DNA from: Candidatus Heimdallarchaeum aukensis
GTDB lineage: Archaea > Asgardarchaeota > Heimdallarchaeia > Heimdallarchaeales > Heimdallarchaeaceae
Assembly (NCBI GenBank): GCA_021513695.1
Contig: CP084166.1
Span: 1,856,001 to 1,920,000, forward strand
Direction: 5' to 3'
Length of the DNA: 64,000 nucleotides
Numbering within the stretch: the first letter of the stretch is position 1; each line of letters opens with the position of its first letter. A program made the position numbers and the translations under genes. The notes beneath the pieces were generated by a model that worked only from the letters and a program-made list of their open reading frames with translations, was not told the DNA's origin and did not search any database. This document shows positions 39,683-49,368 of this stretch, piece after piece.

Positions 39683-40798
39683 TCAAGTTGATGATAGCGA
39701 AATAGCTTCTAATACTTCTACTAAATTTATAATAAATTTGTCATTTATGGTATTTGTCCCCAATGTTACTAAAAGAGATTTCTCCTTATTTTTAAAAGCA
39801 TGCAATTTATCAAAGTTTTGTACTAATATTCCTTTACTGCATAAATATTCAAAAATTGGTTGTGTGTTATGCTCAAATTGCATGAAAATAAAATTAGAAT
39901 CAGTTCGAAAAGCTTTTACTCCGTTAAGTAGTTTTAGATATTCATAAACTCGTTTTCTTTCTTGCAAAAAAAGCTGGATGAGTTCAACAAATTTATAGGG
40001 ATTACGCAAGATATTTATGGCCACTAGAATATGAATAGGAGGAATCTCTTCAACCATATATAATTGCTTCATTTTTGTTATTATATTATCGTTTGCTACT
40101 AAATAGGCTAAAGAAAAAGCACCAATTCCCCAAGCTTTAGAAAAGTTACGGATGATGTGTAAATTATTGTAGTTATTTACTATGTTTATGAGCGAATATT
40201 TACCAAACTCAACATAAGATTCATCAACAATAATAGGAATATCAAGTTCATTAATCATGGATAACATACGAACTTCAGAAAATTGGTTTCCTGTTGGATA
40301 ATGTGGAGACGAAATTAAAATTGCTTTAACCTCTTCTGAAGAAGCTATTTCTATAATAGCATCAGTATTTAATTTATAATCATCCGACAAATCTACAGAA
40401 ATTTGTTTTAACATGAGTTTTTTTATTATCCTTGAAAAAATATCTTTTTCTGGATTAAGAATTATTACTTTATCATTTTTTTTAGTATAAAAACGCAGTA
40501 ATTTTTCAATTAGTGTGATATGTGAAATACCAGGATAAATGCATTTTTTAGCTACATTTGTAAAGCGACTTATTTCCTCAATGAAAGAAGAATAATCTAT
40601 AGGATACCTATCACGAGGATCAATTCTTTTTATTTCATTTATTGCTAGATTCCGAATGAGTTTGGGAGGTATAAATAAATTATCACCAGCACTAAGATCA
40701 ATGATTTGATCTATAGGGATATTATATTTTGATGCAATTTGTTTCTTTTTCATCAATCGATTGATACCATATAAAGTTGAAGAAACGTTATTCTTCAT
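39683..40798 (-). CDS. Class I/II PLP-dependent aminotransferase (HisC-like)
   Basis: 371 aa with the IIRNFSKAWGIGAFSLAYLVAN lysine motif (compare SFSKxxGxAGxRxGY). Confidence 0.6.
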   Translation of the reverse strand: MKNNVSSTLYGINRLMKKKQIASKYNIPIDQIIDLSAGDNLFIPPKLIRNLAINEIKRIDPRDRYPIDYSSFIEEISRFTNVAKKCIYPGISHITLIEKLLRFYTKKNDKVIILNPEKDIFSRIIKKLMLKQISVDLSDDYKLNTDAIIEIASSEEVKAILISSPHYPTGNQFSEVRMLSMINELDIPIIVDESYVEFGKYSLINIVNNYNNLHIIRNFSKAWGIGAFSLAYLVANDNIITKMKQLYMVEEIPPIHILVAINILRNPYKFVELIQLFLQERKRVYEYLKLLNGVKAFRTDSNFIFMQFEHNTQPIFEYLCSKGILVQNFDKLHAFKNKEKSLLVTLGTNTINDKFIINLVEVLEAISLSST

Positions 40799-41139
40799 GA
40801 TTGAATTTTTTGCCCAAATTTTATAAAGTTTAAGGAAGAGAGGAAATGTTTAGGTTTAAGCAGAAAAAAGAACAGCTTAAATGAGGAAATAGAAAAAAAC
40901 AAAGAATAGACATAAAAACAATAAGACTAGCTTTACTCTCCATTATAAAAAACAAAAATATTCCAAGTGAAAAAAAGCAACCTTTGTTTCTGGTTTTCGT
41001 AACCAAGGAGAGCTCAACCGTCTCCTCTGGCAACGTGAATGACAGTGCTTCTTATCTGAACTCACCCAAGAGTAAAATTGGTTGTGCAACTGTTTTGTAC
41101 AAAAATTAAGTTGATTGGAAATCTTTTAAAAATGAAATT

Positions 41140-41442
41140 ATGAAAGAAAAATTAATGCTAGAAATTAATGAATTTCAACAACTTATGAAAGACGTTTACT
41201 TAAAAAGAGATCAACAACAAGGGCTTGAAAGAACATTTATTCATCTAATTGAAGAAATAGGAGAACTAGCTGAATGCCTTAACTCAAGGGACAAAAAAAT
41301 AATTCAAAGCGAAATTGCAGATATTATTGCTTGGATATTTAGCATTGCAAACCTATTAGAAATAGATGTGGAATCATCCTTATTAAATAAATATCCTAAT
41401 CAATGTCCAAGATGTAAAAGCAATCCTTGTATATGCAAGTGA
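41140..41442 (+). CDS. MazG-like nucleotide pyrophosphohydrolase domain protein, putative
   Basis: 100 aa with an EExGEL...E..D pattern (LIEEIGELAECL...SEIADIIAWIF) and a C-terminal Cys cluster. Confidence 0.45.
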   Translation: MKEKLMLEINEFQQLMKDVYLKRDQQQGLERTFIHLIEEIGELAECLNSRDKKIIQSEIADIIAWIFSIANLLEIDVESSLLNKYPNQCPRCKSNPCICK

Positions 41443-41459
41443 GTGAATTAATTTTTTTA

Positions 41460-42023
41460 TTATCGCACTTCAATACGTTTCTTTTCAACTGCCTTTATTA
41501 ATTCACGAGCAAAAGTTTGAAATGCCTCTTCTACCTTTTCTCCAGTTTTAGCACTAGTTATGAAGAATGAATCTGTAGGTAAATCAAGTTCTTTTACTAT
41601 ATTAAGTGCTTCCTCTTCATCAACAGCAATTTGATCTTTTAGATCGGCTTTATTACCAATAACAAAAAATATTACGTCATCCTCTACCCCATTTAATCCA
41701 CGTTTCCATTCACGTATAGATTCTAACGTGTTAGGCCTTGTCAGATCAAAAACAAGAAAGCACCCTTTTGACCCACGATAAAACTTCTCTCTAACAGAAG
41801 AAAACCTTTCTTGACCCCCAATATCTGAAATCAAAAATAATACCTCGTCCTCCCCCACAAATAATTGTTTACTTAAAATGTCTACCCCAATAGTGATCAT
41901 ATACGATGATTCAAATCGATTATGGACATATCTTGAAATTAATGAACTTTTGCCTACTCCGGGATCTCCAAGTAAGACAATTTTAAATATGTATTTTTTT
42001 CCCTGAGATTTATTTAGAGTCAT
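41460..42023 (-). CDS. Ras-superfamily small GTPase, Rab-like
   Basis: 187 aa with G1 GDPGVGKSS, switch I YMITIGVD (Rab-like TIGVD), G3 DIGGQERF, G4 GNKADL and G5 TSAK. Confidence 0.75.
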   Translation of the reverse strand: MTLNKSQGKKYIFKIVLLGDPGVGKSSLISRYVHNRFESSYMITIGVDILSKQLFVGEDEVLFLISDIGGQERFSSVREKFYRGSKGCFLVFDLTRPNTLESIREWKRGLNGVEDDVIFFVIGNKADLKDQIAVDEEEALNIVKELDLPTDSFFITSAKTGEKVEEAFQTFARELIKAVEKKRIEVR

Positions 42024-42154
42024 TTTTGAACCCTTTATTGCACCTTATCTTCTTTAATATTTACAGCTTTTTATGTTTTTTTACTCATTCAATTAATTTT
42101 TTTCAATGTGTTAAAATTTTATAGAAGTAAAATTAAGGAATAATAATTAAATTA

Positions 42155-42463
42155 TTAAACAGTATTATCCCAAATGTTGAATAATTGTTTTAATGAGTGA
42201 GCTCTAATATTTTGATCTTGATATTGAAATATTCGAATTCTACCAAAAGTTTTTTCTTTTACTAAACCAATTCTTACCAGATATTCTAAATGATTAACTA
42301 CAACTCCATGATTTAACTTCACTTGTTTAGATATTGCAGATATGTTAATTTCTCCTTTCTCAGCCAAAAGTTTCAAGATTTTTACTCTCCCACGAGAAGA
42401 TAAGACCTCATCTATTGGTGGAGAACTCGTAGATTTAATACTCTGATTATTTATTTTAGCCAA
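42155..42463 (-). CDS. Winged-helix transcriptional regulator, putative
   Basis: 102 aa with a predicted HTH (RVKILKLLAEKGEINISAISKQVKLNHGVVVNHLEYLVRIGLV). Confidence 0.4.
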   Translation of the reverse strand: MAKINNQSIKSTSSPPIDEVLSSRGRVKILKLLAEKGEINISAISKQVKLNHGVVVNHLEYLVRIGLVKEKTFGRIRIFQYQDQNIRAHSLKQLFNIWDNTV

Positions 42464-43682
42464 CCTCCTTTTTTTGACTTACTTCACCTTTGCTCTTTGT
42501 TAAAGATTTCAATATAACATCTTCAATAAATGCCAAAGGAGCATCAGGAACACTGATAAGTGTTGTTTTTCCTTTCATTCCTTTTCCTGAAAGTTTGCAG
42601 TTAATAATATCTTGTTTTGAAAGTTCATTCAAATAAGACCAAAACTGAGTATGCTTTCTGGGGTGTTCGCCATACTCTTCGCAGAGCAAGCGATATGTAC
42701 TTATAGCATCGCTTGTTGAAATATATGCATTTTTTGTATGTTTAAGTTTTCGCAAGATAGACAACAATGTCAGTTTCTCGTGAATGGAAAGAACTAACAC
42801 AACCTCCTTACGTAACTCTGGATGAATTAACGACTTTGCTTTTCTTACATGATCAGGATAAACAACAGGAGAGTTGTCGTTATCACAACAATGTCCAGCA
42901 CCCCAAAGTAGTTCAATGGCATATCGAGCATCACCAGTTTTACTTGCAATATCAGCAATAAGCCTTATTGCATCATCTGTAACTGTTTCTTTATAAAAAG
43001 CCAGTTCAGCTCTTGATCTAACAATATCAATTAAATCAGATTCAGAATATCTGTCCAACGATATGTGATTAGAGTGAAAACTACTTTGTGTACTTGTGTC
43101 AAGTAGTTTCAAGAAATTAGTATTTTTTGCGATAAAAATGTAGGAAACATATTGATCTTGTGATATTTCTCCAATTCTTAATAGAGAATATAAGATATCA
43201 GTTCCAGTACGTGTGACTAAGTAATCAATTTCATCAAGAACTATCAGCAGCTTATATTTATTCTGCTGTAAATGCTTCACAAAAAAATGCTGTAATTCTT
43301 CAACAGAATAACCTCTTTGCGGGATATTTTTGTTCAGTTTTTGTAGAAGGACATTAAATATCAAATAAGGACTTTTATAAATACGGCAATTTATATATAT
43401 AAAGTGAAAATTTTTAATTTTAACTACATTTTCTAAAATTTGACCAAATCTTTTCGCAAGTGTGGTTTTGCCAGAACCTGTTGGGCCAGTAATAGTTGCA
43501 TAACGGCTAAAATTAAGATAATTATTTGTTAAATGTTTATATTGCTTTGCCAAGAGTCTTAGCTCTTCTTCACGATGGGGGAGTAAAGGTGGAATAAAGG
43601 AAATTGATAAATAACCTTCATTTTTAATCACGGAAGGTTTTTCAGCTAATAATTTAAAATAATCTTCATCAGATGAATACAT
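42456..43682 (-). CDS. orc1: Orc1/Cdc6 replication initiation protein
   Basis: AAA+ Walker A TGPTGSGKTT, Walker B LIVLDEIDYL, LPHREEEL motif and C-terminal winged helix. The start is set at Met29 (MYSSDEDYF), which is preceded by TTTATATTTATAG. The ORF extends to 43766. Confidence 0.8.
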   Translation of the reverse strand: MYSSDEDYFKLLAEKPSVIKNEGYLSISFIPPLLPHREEELRLLAKQYKHLTNNYLNFSRYATITGPTGSGKTTLAKRFGQILENVVKIKNFHFIYINCRIYKSPYLIFNVLLQKLNKNIPQRGYSVEELQHFFVKHLQQNKYKLLIVLDEIDYLVTRTGTDILYSLLRIGEISQDQYVSYIFIAKNTNFLKLLDTSTQSSFHSNHISLDRYSESDLIDIVRSRAELAFYKETVTDDAIRLIADIASKTGDARYAIELLWGAGHCCDNDNSPVVYPDHVRKAKSLIHPELRKEVVLVLSIHEKLTLLSILRKLKHTKNAYISTSDAISTYRLLCEEYGEHPRKHTQFWSYLNELSKQDIINCKLSGKGMKGKTTLISVPDAPLAFIEDVILKSLTKSKGEVSQKKEVG

Positions 43683-43891
43683 TTTGCTTTCTATAAATAT
43701 AAATATGAACATAGTATTTATAGTTGATACAGACACCTTATTGAAAGTGAAAAAATCAATTTTCAATAGAGTAAAAAAATACCGTTTATAAGAATGGAAG
43801 ACATAAAATGTAATTTCCTAAAATAAAAAGATGGCAAAAATGATAAGAGAGAAAATATTTGAAGCTAAAAAGATATAACAATTTGATTAAT

Positions 43892-44305
43892 ATGAGTCAA
43901 GATTGTATTTTCTGTAAAATAGTTAGTGGTCAAATACCTACTTATACATTATTTGAAGACGAAAAAGTAATTGTAGTTTTAGATGCATATCCAGTTTCTT
44001 TTGGGCATGCTCTATTTATACCAAAAAAGCATTACAAAACAATTGATGATGTCCCAGAAGAAGAGATTGATTTTCTTAAGAAATTACCTAATATAGTCAA
44101 ACGAATAAGAGAAATAACAAATGCAACAGGAATAAACATATGGCAAAACAACGGAAAAGATGCAGGACAAACTATTCCACACGTCCATTTCCATATTGTA
44201 CCAAGGTACACAAATGACAACCTATTTGAGTTCCCAGCACAGAAACAACTAGAAGAAAATGAAGCGCGTGATATAGTTGAGAAATTTAAGCAAAGTGATG
44301 TATAA
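43892..44305 (+). CDS. HIT-family hydrolase
   Basis: CIFCKI N-terminus and histidine-triad HVHFHIVPR. The start is set at the internal Met (the ORF begins at 43859). Confidence 0.8.
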   Translation: MSQDCIFCKIVSGQIPTYTLFEDEKVIVVLDAYPVSFGHALFIPKKHYKTIDDVPEEEIDFLKKLPNIVKRIREITNATGINIWQNNGKDAGQTIPHVHFHIVPRYTNDNLFEFPAQKQLEENEARDIVEKFKQSDV

Positions 44306-44421
44306 AAAATAGAAAAAACTGTATTTAAAAACTAAAAAAATAGTTTAAACATCAGTAAGTTTTGTACATTTTTGTGATAAGCGTTGAACTTGCCAGTATT
44401 TTATTCCTTAAAGAAACAATA

Positions 44422-47340
44422 TCATAGTTCAATGCTTAAACTTTTTCTCTTCTTATAAAATTTGATACCAATAAAACTAATAGCTGAAATAGTAAGAGAT
44501 CCTATAGCAAGAGGAATAAAGATAACTGTATTGTTAAAACTATTATTAATACCAATCAGATTAAGCAACAAATAGGTTCCCTCAGCAAGTTCAAGTCCAC
44601 TAATTTTTACATAGGAGTAAGAGATAACTATTTTGTATGTGTCGGTAATTTCCAGCCCATTTGAATTAGTGATCTTCCAATCGTAGGAACTAAGAGATGT
44701 ATTAATATTTGAATATAAGAGTATAGATGCATTTTTGTACAAATAGGAAGCATAGATTTTTAGTTGAAATTGGATTTCATTATTAGTGACATAAGACTTA
44801 ACATTCAATTGTGGACCCTTACAAATAATAACAAATTTATGTGAATATGTAGAACTATTAGCTTTAACTTGCCAATAAAAAGATGTATTATCCCATGTCA
44901 CTGGAATCATAAATAACCCCGTATCAATATAGGCATTTAGAACAGGAGGAATGCCGTCAACCATAGGTAAAAACCATCTATCATTTTGAGCGCTATATTT
45001 GATCCAATAAGAAAATGTTACATTATTACCGAGTAACAACTCATCATCAGTTTTATCAACATCGACTTTCAGAATTTGGTTAATTATTGTAAATGTTTTT
45101 ATCTTAATAATGGAAGAATATCGCATAATATGCAAAGTTACATTGATAGACAAAATATTAAGAGGAACTAAAATCTTATTTTGGAAGTATCCCATTTCAT
45201 CAGTGATACCAGATAAAGCACCACCGGAGCCAGATATATTTCCTATATAAAATTTTAAAGGAGCAAAAGCAACAGGAAAACCATCACAAGACACATTCAG
45301 ATTAATTGAATAATACTTATCATTCAAGGAAAAATAGTCTAGTACGACGTTAAGAGGGCTTTCATATGAAATGAGAGAAATAATCTTAACAACTGATGCA
45401 TGAAATGTAGAGAAAGCCATTATCTTAACAGTATGATTTCCTAAGCTTAAGTAATACATTGAAACAATAAAATCTACTTCTGTTATATTTGTGAAAGAAT
45501 ATACTTTTGTATCATCGAGAAATACATAAATTGAAGAATTTTCGATTGAAATATTATTTCCCAAGCTATGATAAGAAAGGTTGACAGATGTACTTCCATA
45601 TTGTGGCAGGGTTAAACTGTCTACAATGGCAATATCTGCCGCGTAGCGCGTTAAACTGATATTACAAGAATAATAAAAAATTGTCGAGTTAAGATTCAGA
45701 AAAATTATTGAGTACTCTCCTCTTGGAATAATAGAAGGAAAACGATATTCAAGCATGTTGTTTTGAATATCTAAAATCACCCCCCCACTTACAGGTCCAA
45801 TCCAAAAAAAGTTTGTTTTAATTGAAAGACTATTGAAAGTGAGATTAAATTCTACATTGAGGGTTTCAAATAGGATAGACGATGTGAGAACAATGCTTTT
45901 CACATTGTTTTGGATAGCAAATATTGTTACTAAGCTACTTGTATTACAAATTAACAGTTCATACTGATCAAAGTCTTCAAACTCATTGACAGAGATAAGT
46001 GTAACATATTGAGAATTATATTCAACTAGAGACCAATTTAATGGAATACCGATAACAACACCAAAAACTCCAGTGACAATATTATCAATTGAAACATTGA
46101 ATAAAATTTCATCGGGTGGGACAAGCAATAACTGTCTCTTAGAGAATAGTGATATGTTTCCAATAGCTTGTAAACTAAATTGCCCTTCAACAGTATAAGA
46201 AGAATTTAATGAAAAAATAAGATTAACATCTGTTTTTTCTTCAACATGCACTTGAATTGAAAACGAACCCTTTAGATCATCAATGCTATTAACTAAAGAT
46301 CCATTTAATTTAAGTTCAATTTCTTCAGGAATAGGTTGAGACTCTATTTTAAGATTATCAAAGAAAAATGAACTTTCAGATTGTTCTGGTGATATCACAA
46401 AGATACTAAATCCTTCTAGCTGAGAAGGAATATTTGAGGAAAATTCTGATAATATTGCTGATAAATTTAATGACAAACTATTCCAATTATCATCCCACGT
46501 TGTATTTCTTACAAATTTAAAAGTATCATAATCACCAGAAGTATCATTTTGACCTACTTGTTCCAATCCGACATTACTGTAAACCCAGTTATATATCGCT
46601 ACTCTACACGTATCAAAAGTAAAATCGAAAATTACACTGGAGTTTATAACATTTTGAATTGAAGAATTACTATCAAACTTGTAGTCATAAGAGAGAATAA
46701 TATTTCGACTAAATAATGATAAATCTTTCATATAGGTTGAATATTTTAAAGAAGTAGTATTATTTGCATAAATCTTCCACGAGTAATTACCAGACAATCC
46801 ATTACTTGTAAGATAGCGTTGTAATTCGATTCCTGTATGAACTGAATCATTAGCGTAAAAACTCTCTGCTGTTTCTGCTCCTGAATTCTGAATTATGTTA
46901 GCTTTCAAATCTGAAACATTACCCACAAGAAAAAAATCTCCTTTTTCTGGAAGTGTTATCCCTATTTCTTTATCTGAGAGGTTTAAATAATTTAGATCAC
47001 TTTTATATCGCCCATTTAATTCGATTTTCGGAGCAAAATTGGATATCGTTTTATTATAATCAACGTTAATATTTTCATCGACAGTTATCGAATTTTTCAA
47101 GTAAGTTATTGAAGAGTTAGATGACGATGTTTGTATTAATGGCTCATTTGTCTCAGAGTATACAATTTGTGCTTTAGGAAGAGATGTTTTTGTAAAAACA
47201 GAAGAAATAGAATCAGATTCTGTAAGCGCATTTAATAAAGTTGAATTCTGTATATCCAAGAAAGAAAATTGCCCTATTATAATAGTAATCATCAGCACAA
47301 TTAATAATTGCTTATTAATCGGATTAGATTTTAATTTCAT
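44422..47340 (-). CDS. Large surface/extracellular protein with N-terminal signal-anchor and C-terminal TM helix
   Basis: 972 aa. Rich in Ser/Asn/Thr, with many N-x-S/T sequons. Hydrophobic N-terminus and a C-terminal hydrophobic helix followed by a KKRK stop-transfer. Confidence 0.4.
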   Translation of the reverse strand: MKLKSNPINKQLLIVLMITIIIGQFSFLDIQNSTLLNALTESDSISSVFTKTSLPKAQIVYSETNEPLIQTSSSNSSITYLKNSITVDENINVDYNKTISNFAPKIELNGRYKSDLNYLNLSDKEIGITLPEKGDFFLVGNVSDLKANIIQNSGAETAESFYANDSVHTGIELQRYLTSNGLSGNYSWKIYANNTTSLKYSTYMKDLSLFSRNIILSYDYKFDSNSSIQNVINSSVIFDFTFDTCRVAIYNWVYSNVGLEQVGQNDTSGDYDTFKFVRNTTWDDNWNSLSLNLSAILSEFSSNIPSQLEGFSIFVISPEQSESSFFFDNLKIESQPIPEEIELKLNGSLVNSIDDLKGSFSIQVHVEEKTDVNLIFSLNSSYTVEGQFSLQAIGNISLFSKRQLLLVPPDEILFNVSIDNIVTGVFGVVIGIPLNWSLVEYNSQYVTLISVNEFEDFDQYELLICNTSSLVTIFAIQNNVKSIVLTSSILFETLNVEFNLTFNSLSIKTNFFWIGPVSGGVILDIQNNMLEYRFPSIIPRGEYSIIFLNLNSTIFYYSCNISLTRYAADIAIVDSLTLPQYGSTSVNLSYHSLGNNISIENSSIYVFLDDTKVYSFTNITEVDFIVSMYYLSLGNHTVKIMAFSTFHASVVKIISLISYESPLNVVLDYFSLNDKYYSINLNVSCDGFPVAFAPLKFYIGNISGSGGALSGITDEMGYFQNKILVPLNILSINVTLHIMRYSSIIKIKTFTIINQILKVDVDKTDDELLLGNNVTFSYWIKYSAQNDRWFLPMVDGIPPVLNAYIDTGLFMIPVTWDNTSFYWQVKANSSTYSHKFVIICKGPQLNVKSYVTNNEIQFQLKIYASYLYKNASILLYSNINTSLSSYDWKITNSNGLEITDTYKIVISYSYVKISGLELAEGTYLLLNLIGINNSFNNTVIFIPLAIGSLTISAISFIGIKFYKKRKSLSIEL

Positions 47341-47439
47341 TAATTTTCTAACAAAATGAACATTTATAAACTACGCAATTTTTAGTATAAAAAGCAATAT
47401 ATTAATAAAAAAACTTACTCAGATAAGTAGTCGAATAAA

Positions 47440-47859
47440 ATGAATACAATAAGAAAAGAAGAATATATCGAGATTATTTATGATATCTGTCTAGAAAAAG
47501 GTATAGCTAAAGTAAGTGAAATTAAAAAAAGACTCAAGCTGCAAAGTTTGTCATCAGTTACAGAAATGGTCCAAAAATTGCATGAAGAGGGATTAATTAA
47601 ATACGAGAAATATAAAGGAGTCACTATTACAGAAAAAGGTTTATCTGTTGCCAAACAACTCTTACAAAGACATCAAGCAATAGAAGATTTTTTGCTGTTC
47701 TTACAAATAGACAAAAAAATAGCTTTACAAGATGCATGTGCAATTGAGCATGTTATTTCAGAACAATCGATTGAAGCAATTATAAAGTTTGTTTGCTTTC
47801 TAAATAAAAAAGAAAATAAAGACATAGAACAAAGAGTTAAACAATTTTTGCTATTATAA
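47440..47859 (+). CDS. DtxR/MntR-family metal-dependent transcriptional regulator
   Basis: 139 aa with EEYIEIIYDI..GIAKVSEIKKRL....VTEMVQKL.EEGLIKYEKYKGVTITEKG..VAKQLLQRHQAIEDFL, the DtxR N-terminal HTH and dimerisation pattern. Confidence 0.6.
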   Translation: MNTIRKEEYIEIIYDICLEKGIAKVSEIKKRLKLQSLSSVTEMVQKLHEEGLIKYEKYKGVTITEKGLSVAKQLLQRHQAIEDFLLFLQIDKKIALQDACAIEHVISEQSIEAIIKFVCFLNKKENKDIEQRVKQFLLL

Positions 47860-48218
47860 ACACCATTCACTTTTGAGCAATACAAAAACTAAAGAAAAAT
47901 TAGAAGAAATAAAATAGAGCAAAAAAATTAGTGATGATTTCTAATGTTTTAACATTTTCCAATCTAATATTACTTTAATGATATAATCTTTTTGCAGGAA
48001 TAATTAGAGGGTAAGAGTTACAGTTCAGAAAATGTATAAAAAACGTAATATTTTAAGTAGGATATTTAGTCAGACAAATAATAATTTCAGTCACCTCCCC
48101 CATATAGACTAAATCATCAATTATAGGAACAAAAACGCTAATTTGAATCAGTTAAACGTAATAAAGATCTTCTAGAATAATAAAAAATAGCTTAATTAAT
48201 TTTGTTTCGTTACTTCAC

Positions 48219-49259
48219 TTGGGAAAAATGGCAGAACTGTATTGTGATGAATGTAATTCAAGGATTATAGAAGAAACAGGAAGATATGTATGCCCTAATT
48301 GTGGCCTAGAATTAGGCGCTGTGTATGAAAGCAGTAACTATCAACTAGGAATGGTGGAAGAACCTTTGAAAAGGAGAAAAACACAATATGCGGCAATAGA
48401 CAATCAACTTGCAACTGTAAGTTCACTTGGGTCTTCAATAGGTACAATCAAAGAATATTACTTTAAAGACACATATGGGACCGCTTTATCACCATTAAGA
48501 CAAGAGCAATTTAGGAAATTCAAAAATCTATATCATGTTGCTAGTGCAGTAAAAGGAAAGGAAACTATCCACCGATCTCTTACAATAGTGAATAAAGTCT
48601 GTAAGATATTAGATATTCCAGAACAAGTAAATAATAGAGCCATATTTTTATTTAAAAAATACAAAAGAGAATTCACAGAGGAAATTAATAATCACGTTGT
48701 TTTATCTGCTATATCACTGTTATTGGCAGTAAGAGAATCAAAAAATACATGCCCAGTACAGTTTAAAGAAATAGTTGAGACATATAGTGAATTGGGACAT
48801 CGTGTTTCAGGAAAAAAGATCATAAGTTTAATGCAAACACTAAACATAAAGTTACCATCTTCAAGAATTAGAAGAAGTGAAGAGTATATTTCACGAGTTA
48901 GTTACTTAATTTGCTCATATCCTGAAATCAAAGAAAGAGTTGAATCAAAGTATAAAATTGAATCATTTGTGTATGAAAAAATATTACAATTAGCTTGTTT
49001 TAAGATTCTTGCTGAAATCCCAAATAAGGACAGAGGAAGTAGGAGACCCTACCCTTTTGCTGCAGCAACAGCATATACCGCAGACAAATTATTTGCACGT
49101 GAGATGAATACATCATCAGCGTTTACACAGAAACTAGTAGCAAAAGCTACAAATGTAGCAGAGTTCACTGTAAGAGAACATTCAGAGTTAATTTTCAAAT
49201 ATGATTATAAAAACATATTTGAAGAGATATCAAGAAACTTAAGTTCGAATTTTTCTTAA
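48219..49259 (+). CDS. tfb: Transcription initiation factor IIB (TFB)
   Basis: 346 aa with an N-terminal zinc ribbon (CDECNS...CPNCG) followed by cyclin-like repeats. The size is consistent with TFB. Confidence 0.65.
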   Translation: MGKMAELYCDECNSRIIEETGRYVCPNCGLELGAVYESSNYQLGMVEEPLKRRKTQYAAIDNQLATVSSLGSSIGTIKEYYFKDTYGTALSPLRQEQFRKFKNLYHVASAVKGKETIHRSLTIVNKVCKILDIPEQVNNRAIFLFKKYKREFTEEINNHVVLSAISLLLAVRESKNTCPVQFKEIVETYSELGHRVSGKKIISLMQTLNIKLPSSRIRRSEEYISRVSYLICSYPEIKERVESKYKIESFVYEKILQLACFKILAEIPNKDRGSRRPYPFAAATAYTADKLFAREMNTSSAFTQKLVAKATNVAEFTVREHSELIFKYDYKNIFEEISRNLSSNFS

Positions 49260-49368
49260 CATAGTTTATTTTTTTACTAAATATCTTTCTGAAATTACAC
49301 ACTGAAAACGCATAAATAAAAGAAAAGAAAAATTGTGGTGTTGATAAATAATAATCTAATACTAACTA

